34,617 nucleotides of DNA, taken from the NCBI GenBank assembly GCA_041689715.1, contig JBDNFQ010000034.1:1-34617 (forward strand), given 5' to 3'. This document shows, one piece after another, positions 9,826 to 17,478 of this stretch. The DNA is from Bacteroidia bacterium. GTDB taxonomy: Bacteria; Bacteroidota; Bacteroidia; NS11-12g; UBA9320. The notes below the pieces were generated by a model that saw nothing but the letters and a program-made list of their open reading frames with translations, searched no databases and had not been told where the DNA came from. Within the stretch, counting starts at the first letter, position 1, and each line of letters opens with the position of its first letter. The translations under genes and the position numbers were made by a program.

Positions 9826-10932
9826 ATGCTACAAGAATACTTCTCCAAAATAAACATTGTCCAAGAATTCATGCCATACCAGCTCGGTTCGGGTATAGAA
9901 CGATATGTGCATGATTTTCCCTCTTTAGACGGCAAAAAAATTGCTATCATGGGTGTCAAAAGTGATTTAAATGCAACAGAAAATGACACTATTAGAAGAG
10001 AACTATACTCACTTGTAGCACATACTAGCTTAGAAACTATCTTGGTAGACCTAGGAGATATACTAGCTGGTGATACTCCAGCAGAAACACATGCAGCTCT
10101 AAGAACAGTAACCCAGGAATTACTAGAGCTAGATATAGTAGTACTAGTATTGGGCACTAACATAGACCAAGGCGAGGCTCTATACCACCCTTTAGAAAAC
10201 TTAGGCAAAAGTGTGGAGGCCACACTTATTTCTTCGCACCTTCCTATACTAGAGTACCAATTGCTAAATAGAATATGTGCACACACACCTAACTATCTTA
10301 AAAATCTTAATGTTCTTGGGTTTCAGAGTCACTATATCCCGCCAAAAGCATTGGACACACTTGAAAATTTAAATTTTGGGTATATGCGTCTTGGTGCACT
10401 TAAAGCCAATATTGAAGAAGCAGAAATCTATCTGCGAGATGCAAACCTTACGTTGTTCAATATGAATGCTATGCGGCACGCTGACGCACCTGGCCAAATA
10501 GAAGTACAGCCAAATGGTCTCACAAGCGAAGAGGCCTGCCAGCTAGCACGCTATGCTGGTGTGAGTGACAGCTCAAGAATATTAGGAATATTTGGTTACC
10601 AAGAAAAAAGCGATCCGTTACATCTTACCGCTAAACTAATTTCTCAATTAATCTGGTACTACCTAGACGGATATGCGAACAGAACACAAGATTCCCCAGA
10701 ATTGCACAGTGAATTTACCAAATACCGATGTGACATAAACGATACCCAGCCACCTATACTATTTCTGAAGAGCAAAAGAACGTCACGATGGTGGATGAAC
10801 ATAGAACATCCGTCTAGACCTGAGGATGAAAGAAGCACACTGTGTTTACCTTGTACGTATGATGACTACCAAGTGGCGGCTGCAGGAGATACCCCAGAGC
10901 GATATTTGCAAGCTATCAAAAGATTGTATTGA
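9826..10932 (+). CDS. Arginase/formimidoylglutamase-fold protein with degenerate metal ligands
   Basis: DLGDI, PNGLTSEEACQLARYAG, AKLISQLIWYYLDG and KSKRTSRWW resemble the Bacteroidota ureohydrolase-like family; GGDH, DAHxD and DxD are not conserved. Confidence 0.8.
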   Translation: MLQEYFSKINIVQEFMPYQLGSGIERYVHDFPSLDGKKIAIMGVKSDLNATENDTIRRELYSLVAHTSLETILVDLGDILAGDTPAETHAALRTVTQELLELDIVVLVLGTNIDQGEALYHPLENLGKSVEATLISSHLPILEYQLLNRICAHTPNYLKNLNVLGFQSHYIPPKALDTLENLNFGYMRLGALKANIEEAEIYLRDANLTLFNMNAMRHADAPGQIEVQPNGLTSEEACQLARYAGVSDSSRILGIFGYQEKSDPLHLTAKLISQLIWYYLDGYANRTQDSPELHSEFTKYRCDINDTQPPILFLKSKRTSRWWMNIEHPSRPEDERSTLCLPCTYDDYQVAAAGDTPERYLQAIKRLY

Positions 10933-10969
10933 AATAAAAAACAGGCTACTTTCGTTAGCTCCTGTAGCA

Positions 10970-11098
10970 ATGAACATTAAAGGTAAAATCATACTACTCC
11001 TTTCATTATTCACCATTACACTTCTCTTTAGTGCGTGCTCATCTAAAAAAAAATGCAACACCAAGGGTAAAAAGAAGGTAGAAATGGGTTGGATGTAA
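10970..11098 (+). CDS. Small basic lipoprotein, 42 aa
   Basis: MNIKGKIILLLSLFTITLLFSA-C-SSKKKCNTKGKKKVEMGWM: basic N-region, hydrophobic core, FSAC lipobox; TACTTTCG promoter-like box at 10947-10954. Confidence 0.7.
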   Translation: MNIKGKIILLLSLFTITLLFSACSSKKKCNTKGKKKVEMGWM

Positions 11099-11117
11099 AA
11101 AAAGCAATTAGTCTATT

Positions 11118-11145
11118 GGAATCAATAGAGAATACACATTGTCTA
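11118..11145 (+). promoter_or_regulatory. Candidate ECF-type autoregulatory promoter
   Basis: GGAATC-N17-GTCTA just upstream of the ECF sigma gene. Confidence 0.45.
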
Positions 11146-11161
11146 TATTCTGCAATTCTAA

Positions 11162-11722
11162 GTGAAAGATAAAATTTCGGATACCGATTTTGAATTAGTA
11201 AATAAGGTACTTAAGGGTAATGATTCTTGTTTCGAAGAATTGATACATCGTCATCAAAGTCTTGTAGCCTCTGTAGCGATGAATATGTTAGGAGATTGGG
11301 ACGAGGCCAAGGAAATTGGGCACCAAGTTTTTATTCGATTTTACAAGTCACTCAGCAAATTTAAGCAGGAAGCCAAAGTGAGTACATACCTTACAAAAAT
11401 ATCGATGAATCTTTCTCTTAATGCCCTCAAAAGGAGAAAGATATACGTAACGAGGTCTTACACCTTAGAGCATGCAGATTTGATACATCAAAGTGACCTA
11501 AGTACAGATATAGCCAATAAAGAACTTATAAATAAAGGGCTGCAAATGCTAGACGAAAAACACAGAAGCGTCGTAACACTAAGGATGATACAAGGTTACA
11601 ACACCCTAGAAACTGCAAATATTTTGGAAATACCCAAAGGTACAGTCCTCTCTAGACTGAAAAGAGGAATGGATAAATTAAAAATAGTACTAATGAACGA
11701 TTTAAAATATGAGCATACATAA
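11162..11722 (+). CDS. ECF-subfamily RNA polymerase sigma factor
   Basis: 186 aa; region 2 (FEELIHRHQ...TYLTKISMN) and region 4 HTH (ETANILEIPKGTVLSRLKRG). Confidence 0.93.
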   Translation: MKDKISDTDFELVNKVLKGNDSCFEELIHRHQSLVASVAMNMLGDWDEAKEIGHQVFIRFYKSLSKFKQEAKVSTYLTKISMNLSLNALKRRKIYVTRSYTLEHADLIHQSDLSTDIANKELINKGLQMLDEKHRSVVTLRMIQGYNTLETANILEIPKGTVLSRLKRGMDKLKIVLMNDLKYEHT

Positions 11723-11975
11723 ACTTGAAAATCAATTGAAACGCCAGCAATATACTTTCTCAGAAGATTTTGCTGTAGCGGTATTAAAATCAATACAATG
11801 GGAAAAAACACACATACTTCTACAACCAAAATGGCTGTTTTTAGGATTAGCAGCGTCAGTAGTTTTATGTATGATTTCGGTGTACATGCAAAATGGAAAC
11901 TTGAGTGTAGAATCTTTTCTTGGCCTTTCTGATTATACTGAAATGACTGGCTATTATGGATATGTACAATTATGA
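11709..11975 (+). CDS. Single-pass membrane protein, probable anti-sigma factor
   Basis: Overlaps sigma stop by 14 bp; short N-domain (FSEDFAVAVL) then one TM helix (WLFLGLAASVVLCMISVY). Confidence 0.7.
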   Translation: MSIHKLENQLKRQQYTFSEDFAVAVLKSIQWEKTHILLQPKWLFLGLAASVVLCMISVYMQNGNLSVESFLGLSDYTEMTGYYGYVQL

Positions 11976-12343
11976 ATAAGCGAAATTTAATATTGACTGT
12001 TTTGGGTACACTACTTTTGGGATTTGTACTCGGGTTTTTCATCTCTGGCAGAATGACCTACGCTAGTATGGCTCACAAGCACAAAGTTATGAATTCACCA
12101 ATAGCAGAAAAGGAGCGTCTAGCTAACAGATTGGACTTTACTGCCACGCAAACCCAACTAATATACCCCATACTAGATACTCTGTTACCTCAGCAAATTC
12201 AATTATTCAAGATACATAGAGGTCAGATGGATGCTTTACGTGACTCTATGTTTACTGCCATCGCTCCTTTGCTTGATGCCTCGCAGCTAAAAGAAGTCAA
12301 TAAAATGAAAAAACGCCGCAGGCCAAACGGCCCTCCTCTGTGA
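11972..12343 (+). CDS. Membrane-anchored helical periplasmic protein (Spy/CpxP/CnrX-like)
   Basis: ATGA overlap; N-terminal TM; LDFTATQ and LLDASQ resemble LTxxQ motifs; His/Met-rich. Confidence 0.6.
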   Translation: MNKRNLILTVLGTLLLGFVLGFFISGRMTYASMAHKHKVMNSPIAEKERLANRLDFTATQTQLIYPILDTLLPQQIQLFKIHRGQMDALRDSMFTAIAPLLDASQLKEVNKMKKRRRPNGPPL

Positions 12344-12553
12344 ACATTTAAAACGCTGCTTTATACGAAGTGGCCTCACTATTGTAATATATGAGTGAAA
12401 TTGTAGTGCCATTTATGAAAGGAATTAAAATCACAAAATAGAACTAGGTGCTTTAGAATCCAAAATGTCTAAAAAAGGGTTCTTAAGGACGAAAATCGCT
12501 TCGATTTTAGACTCTTACCAGTTAGATAATTCAGATTGGCTTTCTGTCTTACC

Positions 12554-12584
12554 AAAGAGTGCTCATACTGAGCACTCTTTTTTT
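12554..12584 (+). terminator. Strong intrinsic terminator
   Basis: AAAGAGTGCTCA-TAC-TGAGCACTCTTT-TTTT, perfect 12-bp stem. Confidence 0.9.
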
Positions 12585-12616
12585 ATTCAAATAAAAACGC
12601 CTTTCTATTCCTTTTG

Positions 12617-12624
12617 TACCTTTG
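12617..12624 (+). promoter_or_regulatory. -7 box for the carotenoid regulator
   Basis: TACCTTTG, 12 nt before ATG 12637. Confidence 0.75.
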
Positions 12625-12636
12625 TCGTCAACATTT

Positions 12637-13515
12637 ATGACGAACAACGGATTAAACATTAAAGATTTAGAAAATCTAAGCGGGATAAAAGCTCACACCA
12701 TTCGCATTTGGGAGAAGCGTTATAATATTTTGGAGCCAAAGCGAACAAAAACCAACATACGATATTATGACAATCAAGATTTAATAAAGTTGTTAAACAT
12801 TACTTCTATTCTCGATAATGGCATGAGAATAAGCAAAGTAAGCACACTCACTATAGAAGAAATAAATCAGCAAGTACTTGAGATAAAATCTGAAAATATA
12901 GATGGTGCTAAGAAAATAATAATAAATGAACTACTCGGAGCTACGCTCAAATGTGATGCCATTTCTTTTGAGACAACCTTTATCAGTTATAGAGCCCAGC
13001 ATGGATTTGAGGCTACTATTGAAGATATATTGTACCCTCTGCTTATTAGAATCGGGCTTATGTGGACAGTCAGTAAACTCAATCCTTCTCAAGAGCATTT
13101 TGCTAGCCAGCTTATAAAACAAAAGCTCTTTTCAGCCATAAATGAACTGCCATTAGTTGCTACTCAAAGGAAGTTTTTACTCTACCTTCCAGAAAAAGAA
13201 GATCACGAAATCGGTCTTCTATATGCATACTATTTGATTAAAAAAGCTGGATATCAAACGATATATTTAGGACCAAACGTGCCCTTGGTAGATGTGATAG
13301 AATGTGCTAAAAATTCTGAGGCAACCGAAATACTATGTTCTTTTACTATTCCCCATAGCGAAGATAAAATTACTCGGTATATTGATAAAATGCTTAATAA
13401 ACTGTCTTTCTCTAATGTGCTATTGCATAATGCAAAACTTCAAGATAAAAAGGGTGATTATGCTAGTAAGGCTGTTTTTCTCAATTCTTTGGAAGACCTT
13501 AGAAACCTTTTGTAA
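12637..13515 (+). CDS. MerR-family cobalamin-binding regulator (CarH/LitR type)
   Basis: MerR HTH (IKDLENLSGIKAHTIRIWEKRY); W-x9-EH (WTVSKLNPSQEH) and ExHxxG (EDHEIG)...YLG motifs; directly upstream of crt genes. Confidence 0.9.
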   Translation: MTNNGLNIKDLENLSGIKAHTIRIWEKRYNILEPKRTKTNIRYYDNQDLIKLLNITSILDNGMRISKVSTLTIEEINQQVLEIKSENIDGAKKIIINELLGATLKCDAISFETTFISYRAQHGFEATIEDILYPLLIRIGLMWTVSKLNPSQEHFASQLIKQKLFSAINELPLVATQRKFLLYLPEKEDHEIGLLYAYYLIKKAGYQTIYLGPNVPLVDVIECAKNSEATEILCSFTIPHSEDKITRYIDKMLNKLSFSNVLLHNAKLQDKKGDYASKAVFLNSLEDLRNLL

Positions 13516-13522
13516 ATAATAT

Positions 13523-13552
13523 TGTTGAATTTTCAATGCCATATATTCAACA
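13523..13552. promoter_or_regulatory. Inverted repeat upstream of crtI, candidate operator
   Basis: TGTTGAAT-N14-ATTCAACA, perfect 8-bp arms. Confidence 0.5.
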
Positions 13553-13567
13553 TACAGAAAATTCGAT

Positions 13568-15049
13568 ATGAAAATAGCACTTATTGGCTCTGGGTTTTCT
13601 TCCCTCTCTAATGCGTGCTATTTAGCCAAGAATGGGCACCAAGTTGAAGTATTTGAAAAAAATGAACAACTGGGTGGCAGAGCTCGTGTAAAAAAAATAA
13701 ATGGTTTTACCTTTGACATGGGGCCAAGCTGGTACTGGATGCCAGATGTTTTCGAAGACTTCTTTTCAGATTTCGGTAAAAAAGTAAGTGCCTTCTATGA
13801 CCTTAAAAGACTAAATCCAAGTTACAGAGTGTTCTGGGCAGATTCTCCTGATGATATCCCTGCATCCATGGATGAGCTAAAGGCTTACTTTGAAAAGTAT
13901 GAAAAAGGTTCAGGTGAAAAACTTGACCAATTTTTGACCGAGGCCAAAATGAAGTATGAAGTAGGAATGGGAGATTTTGTAACCAAACCATCGCTCAGCT
14001 TCACTGAGTTTATGAGTCTAGATACTGCTCGTAAGGGGATTTCACTTGACTTGTTTAAACCTATAAGCAAACATATAAGACAATACTTTAAGCATCCAAA
14101 ACTTATAGAATTGCTCGAATTTCCTGTTCTATTCCTTGGGGCTAAACCACAAAACACTCCCTCGCTTTATAGTCTAATGAACTATGCAGACATGGCTCTT
14201 GGTACCTGGTACCCTATGGGTGGCATGCACAAGATAGTAGAAGCTATGGTATCAGTAGCCTCAGAACTAGGTGTAGTATTTCACACATCTGCCAATGTAA
14301 CTGAGATAGTTGCAGAAGGAAGAAACGTCCTTGGCCTAAAGTCTAATGCTGTATTTCATCCTGCTGATGTAGTGGTGAGCGGTGCAGACTATCATCATAC
14401 TGAACAAACATTGCTGCCGGCGAAGTATAGAAATTACAATGAAAAATACTGGGATGCTCGTGTTATGGCACCCTCTAGCCTACTTTACTACGTTGGACTA
14501 AATAAAAAGATAGATGGCATAAAGCACCATAATCTCTTTTTCGATGAGAGTTTTGATAACCACGCAGTAGAAATATATGATACCCATAGTTGGCCAGAAG
14601 CTCCGCTTTTTTATGTTTGCAATCCGAGTAAAACAGATGATAGCGTAGCACCCGAAGGTAAAGAAAACTTATTCTTCCTAGTACCCGTATCTACAGAACT
14701 CAAGGATAACGAACCCACTCGCCAACGATATTTTAATATGATCTGCGACAGGTTAGAAAAGCATACCGGTCACGATATAAGACCACATATAGAGGTTTAC
14801 GAAAGTTTCGCCCATTCAGATTTCGTATCAGAGTATAATAGTTTTAAGGGAAATGCGTACGGACTAGCTAACACCTTGATGCAGACAGCTATACTGAAGC
14901 CGAAATGTAAAAATAAAAAACTAGATAATCTGTACTATATCGGACAACTTACTGTGCCAGGCCCAGGCGTGCCTCCTAGTATCATCTCTGGTAAAATAGT
15001 CTCTCAACTAATACAACAAGAACAATACACACATGAAAGCATTATTTGA
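13568..15049 (+). CDS. crtI: Phytoene desaturase
   Basis: FAD motif IGSGFSSL, EKNEQLGGRA, FDMGPSWYWMP, C-terminal GQLTVPGPGVPPSIISG. Confidence 0.95.
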   Translation: MKIALIGSGFSSLSNACYLAKNGHQVEVFEKNEQLGGRARVKKINGFTFDMGPSWYWMPDVFEDFFSDFGKKVSAFYDLKRLNPSYRVFWADSPDDIPASMDELKAYFEKYEKGSGEKLDQFLTEAKMKYEVGMGDFVTKPSLSFTEFMSLDTARKGISLDLFKPISKHIRQYFKHPKLIELLEFPVLFLGAKPQNTPSLYSLMNYADMALGTWYPMGGMHKIVEAMVSVASELGVVFHTSANVTEIVAEGRNVLGLKSNAVFHPADVVVSGADYHHTEQTLLPAKYRNYNEKYWDARVMAPSSLLYYVGLNKKIDGIKHHNLFFDESFDNHAVEIYDTHSWPEAPLFYVCNPSKTDDSVAPEGKENLFFLVPVSTELKDNEPTRQRYFNMICDRLEKHTGHDIRPHIEVYESFAHSDFVSEYNSFKGNAYGLANTLMQTAILKPKCKNKKLDNLYYIGQLTVPGPGVPPSIISGKIVSQLIQQEQYTHESII

Positions 15050-15875
15050 TCACGTTTCATTAAAAGCCAGTAAAATGGTTACAAACGCCTATAGTACTTC
15101 GTTTTCCTTAGGTATTCGTATGCTCAATAAATCTGTGCGTGAACCTGTTTATGCAATTTATGGTTTTGTACGCTTCGCTGATGAAATAGTAGATTCGTTT
15201 GAAGGATACGATAAGGTGGCCCTGATAGCAGATTTTAGAAAACAAACAGATGAGGCTATTGAAAAAAAAATAAGTCTAAATCCTATACTCAATAGTTTTC
15301 AGCATGCAGTAAATCGTTACAGTATAGACCAATGGCTTATAGATGCATTTTTTGATAGTATGGAGATGGACCTAGAAGTGCAAACCTATGATCAGGCCAC
15401 TTTTGAAAAGTATATACTAGGAAGTGCACAGGTAGTAGGCTTGATGTGTCTGCGTGTATTCTGTAATGGCGATACTGCTCAGTATGAAGGCCTAAAAGAG
15501 GGTGCTATGAGTCTTGGTTCTGCGTTTCAGAAAGTAAACTTTCTGCGAGACCTTAAAGCTGACAAAGACAGCCTAGGACGTCTCTATTTCCCTGGTATGA
15601 ATATGCAAGAATGGACTCCGCAGCTAAAACAAAATATAGAAGTGGACATAGCAAAGGACTTCAAACATGCACTAGAAGCTATAAACAGACTGCCAAAAAA
15701 CTCAAAATATGGAGTGTATACAGCCTACAGATATTACTTTAAACTTTTCAGGAAATTAGAAAAAGCTAGTTTTGAAGAGTTATTTACTAAACGCTTGAGA
15801 GTGCCAAATTCAACTAAATTTAGATTACTATTCACCTCTAAAGCTAGATTAGCTATGGGTACTTACTTTTTATAA
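15033..15875 (+). CDS. crtB: Phytoene synthase
   Basis: YSTSFS, YGFVRFADEIVD, MEMDL, AFQKVNFLRDLKAD, GRLYFP. Confidence 0.95.
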   Translation: MKALFDHVSLKASKMVTNAYSTSFSLGIRMLNKSVREPVYAIYGFVRFADEIVDSFEGYDKVALIADFRKQTDEAIEKKISLNPILNSFQHAVNRYSIDQWLIDAFFDSMEMDLEVQTYDQATFEKYILGSAQVVGLMCLRVFCNGDTAQYEGLKEGAMSLGSAFQKVNFLRDLKADKDSLGRLYFPGMNMQEWTPQLKQNIEVDIAKDFKHALEAINRLPKNSKYGVYTAYRYYFKLFRKLEKASFEELFTKRLRVPNSTKFRLLFTSKARLAMGTYFL

Positions 15876-15877
15876 TT

Positions 15878-16330
15878 ATGATAGTACTATACATACTCAT
15901 TACGCTCGGCACATTCTTGGCTATGGAGTTCGTAGCTTGGTTTGCTCATAAGTATGTGATGCACGGCTTCCTTTGGTACCTGCATAAGGACCACCACCAA
16001 CACAAGCCTGGTTTCTGGGAAAAGAACGACGCCTTTTTTCTCATATTTGCTATTCCTAGTGCAGCCTGCTACATCGTAGGCAGTGCAGTAGCAGAAATGT
16101 TGCCGGTCTTTTTTGTAGGTGTAGGCATATCACTCTACGGTTTAGCTTATTTTTTAGTTCACGACATTTTCATTCATCAGCGATTTAAGATATTTACTCG
16201 AACTAATCATAGATACCTGAAAGCCATACGAAAGGCTCACAAGGTTCATCACAAGCACTTAGACCCAGAAGATGGAGAGTGCTTCGGAATGCTTGTAGTG
16301 CCTCCTAAATACATCAAAGAAGCTACATAA
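15878..16330 (+). CDS. crtZ: Beta-carotene hydroxylase
   Basis: His boxes HKYVMHG, HKDHH, HDIFIHQR, HKVHH; WEKND. Confidence 0.93.
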   Translation: MIVLYILITLGTFLAMEFVAWFAHKYVMHGFLWYLHKDHHQHKPGFWEKNDAFFLIFAIPSAACYIVGSAVAEMLPVFFVGVGISLYGLAYFLVHDIFIHQRFKIFTRTNHRYLKAIRKAHKVHHKHLDPEDGECFGMLVVPPKYIKEAT

Positions 16331-17013
16331 TGAACTTATTGTATCTGTGGATTAACCTAGGGGCCATTTTCTTTCCGTTTATTTTGAGCTTTAACAAGCT
16401 TGGTCATTTTTATAAACGATGGAAAGCTATATTTATCTCCATAGGCGTAATGGCCGCATTTATCATATCTTGGGATGTACTATTTACCCTTTGGGGCGTA
16501 TGGGGTTTTAATGAGGAGTATCTTCTTGGGCCTTCATTCTTGCACTTGCCGCTCGAAGAATGGCTCTTTTTCCTTTGCATACCCTATGCTTTTATGTTTC
16601 TGTATGACCAGCTAGTTATACTCAAAGTAAAAAACATCTTAGCTCCTGCCGAAAAATACTTGGACTATTTCTTTCTTATACTGGCAGTTATTTATCTTGT
16701 GGCTGGCTTTGGTAATATTTATACTACCACTATATCTATTTTAGTCATCCTCTTTACTTTAATAATGGTGAAGCTTAATCCGCCAAATCGTGGGATATTT
16801 TATCTGAGTTATCTCATTATACTTATTCCATTTACTGTCGTAAATGGAGTGCTCACAGGCTACGTCACTCCAGACCCTATCGTATGGTACAATGATGCTG
16901 AAAACCTTGGTATACGCTTTCTCACCATTCCGATAGAGGACTACATCTACTACTTCTTAATGTATGGAATAAGCTATGTAGTGTATGAGAGCATAAAAAA
17001 AGCCACCCCATAG
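16330..17013 (+). CDS. crtY: Membrane lycopene cyclase (fused CrtYc/d type)
   Basis: Two hydrophobic repeats with LPLEEWLFF and IPIEDYIY; TAATG coupling to crtZ. Confidence 0.85.
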   Translation: MNLLYLWINLGAIFFPFILSFNKLGHFYKRWKAIFISIGVMAAFIISWDVLFTLWGVWGFNEEYLLGPSFLHLPLEEWLFFLCIPYAFMFLYDQLVILKVKNILAPAEKYLDYFFLILAVIYLVAGFGNIYTTTISILVILFTLIMVKLNPPNRGIFYLSYLIILIPFTVVNGVLTGYVTPDPIVWYNDAENLGIRFLTIPIEDYIYYFLMYGISYVVYESIKKATP

Positions 17014-17023
17014 GGCAGCTTTT
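16995..17023 (-). terminator. Minus-strand intrinsic terminator (original rpoD terminator)
   Basis: Minus strand reads AAAAGCTGCCC-TATG-GGGTGGCTTTTTTT; the two G-U pairs form only on this strand. Confidence 0.75.
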
Positions 17024-17076
17024 ATAATATCTAACTTTGTCTAGTCCTGAAATAGCGTTACACAAAAGAAAGTGTA

Positions 17077-17478
17077 ATGAACGAAGAAAAGGAAAAAAGC
17101 GTTTACGTTAAACGAACACAGAAGGACTATTCTATGTCTTTTAAGCTGGGATTAGTACAGGAGATAGAGCTAGGAGAGCTTTCAACCAAAGGAGCGGTTA
17201 GAAAGTATGGTATCCAGTCTCGGAGTACTGTATTGGGCTGGTTACGAAAACATGGTAACTTTGACTGGCAGAATCAAACGCCAAGTAATATGCCTAAGAG
17301 TCCCAATAGAAAGTTAATGGAATTAGAACAGGAAGTCATACTGTTAAAGAAACAGAAGGTTTTTCTAGAGAAGCAAGTTGAGCAAGCGGATAAGAAAGCT
17401 ATCATTTTTGATATGATGATAGATCTAGCTGAGAAGGAGTATAATATTCCAATCCGAAAAAACTCCTCACCCAAGTAA
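17077..17478 (+). CDS. IS3 OrfA (HTH DNA-binding part of transposase)
   Basis: KRTQKDYSMSFKL, KYGIQSRSTVLGWLRKHG, coiled coil; slippery A-AAA-AAC at 17457-17463. Confidence 0.9.
   Translation: MNEEKEKSVYVKRTQKDYSMSFKLGLVQEIELGELSTKGAVRKYGIQSRSTVLGWLRKHGNFDWQNQTPSNMPKSPNRKLMELEQEVILLKKQKVFLEKQVEQADKKAIIFDMMIDLAEKEYNIPIRKNSSPK

Noticed and set aside
10826-10969. 90-aa version of the lipoprotein ORF
   Set aside because: The extension overlaps the upstream gene, and the signal peptide only works from ATG 10970.
12481-12554. Mini-CRISPR reading of the 32-34 nt periodic TCTTA motifs
   Set aside because: Repeats are only 5-8 nt and no cas genes are present.
12344-12636. Cobalamin riboswitch before the B12-binding regulator
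   Set aside because: No B12-box or GGGAA/GCCACTG core elements found, and the regulator has its own promoter after the terminator.
12465-12662. 65-aa ORF
   Set aside because: Runs through a strong terminator and the next promoter; no protein-like features.
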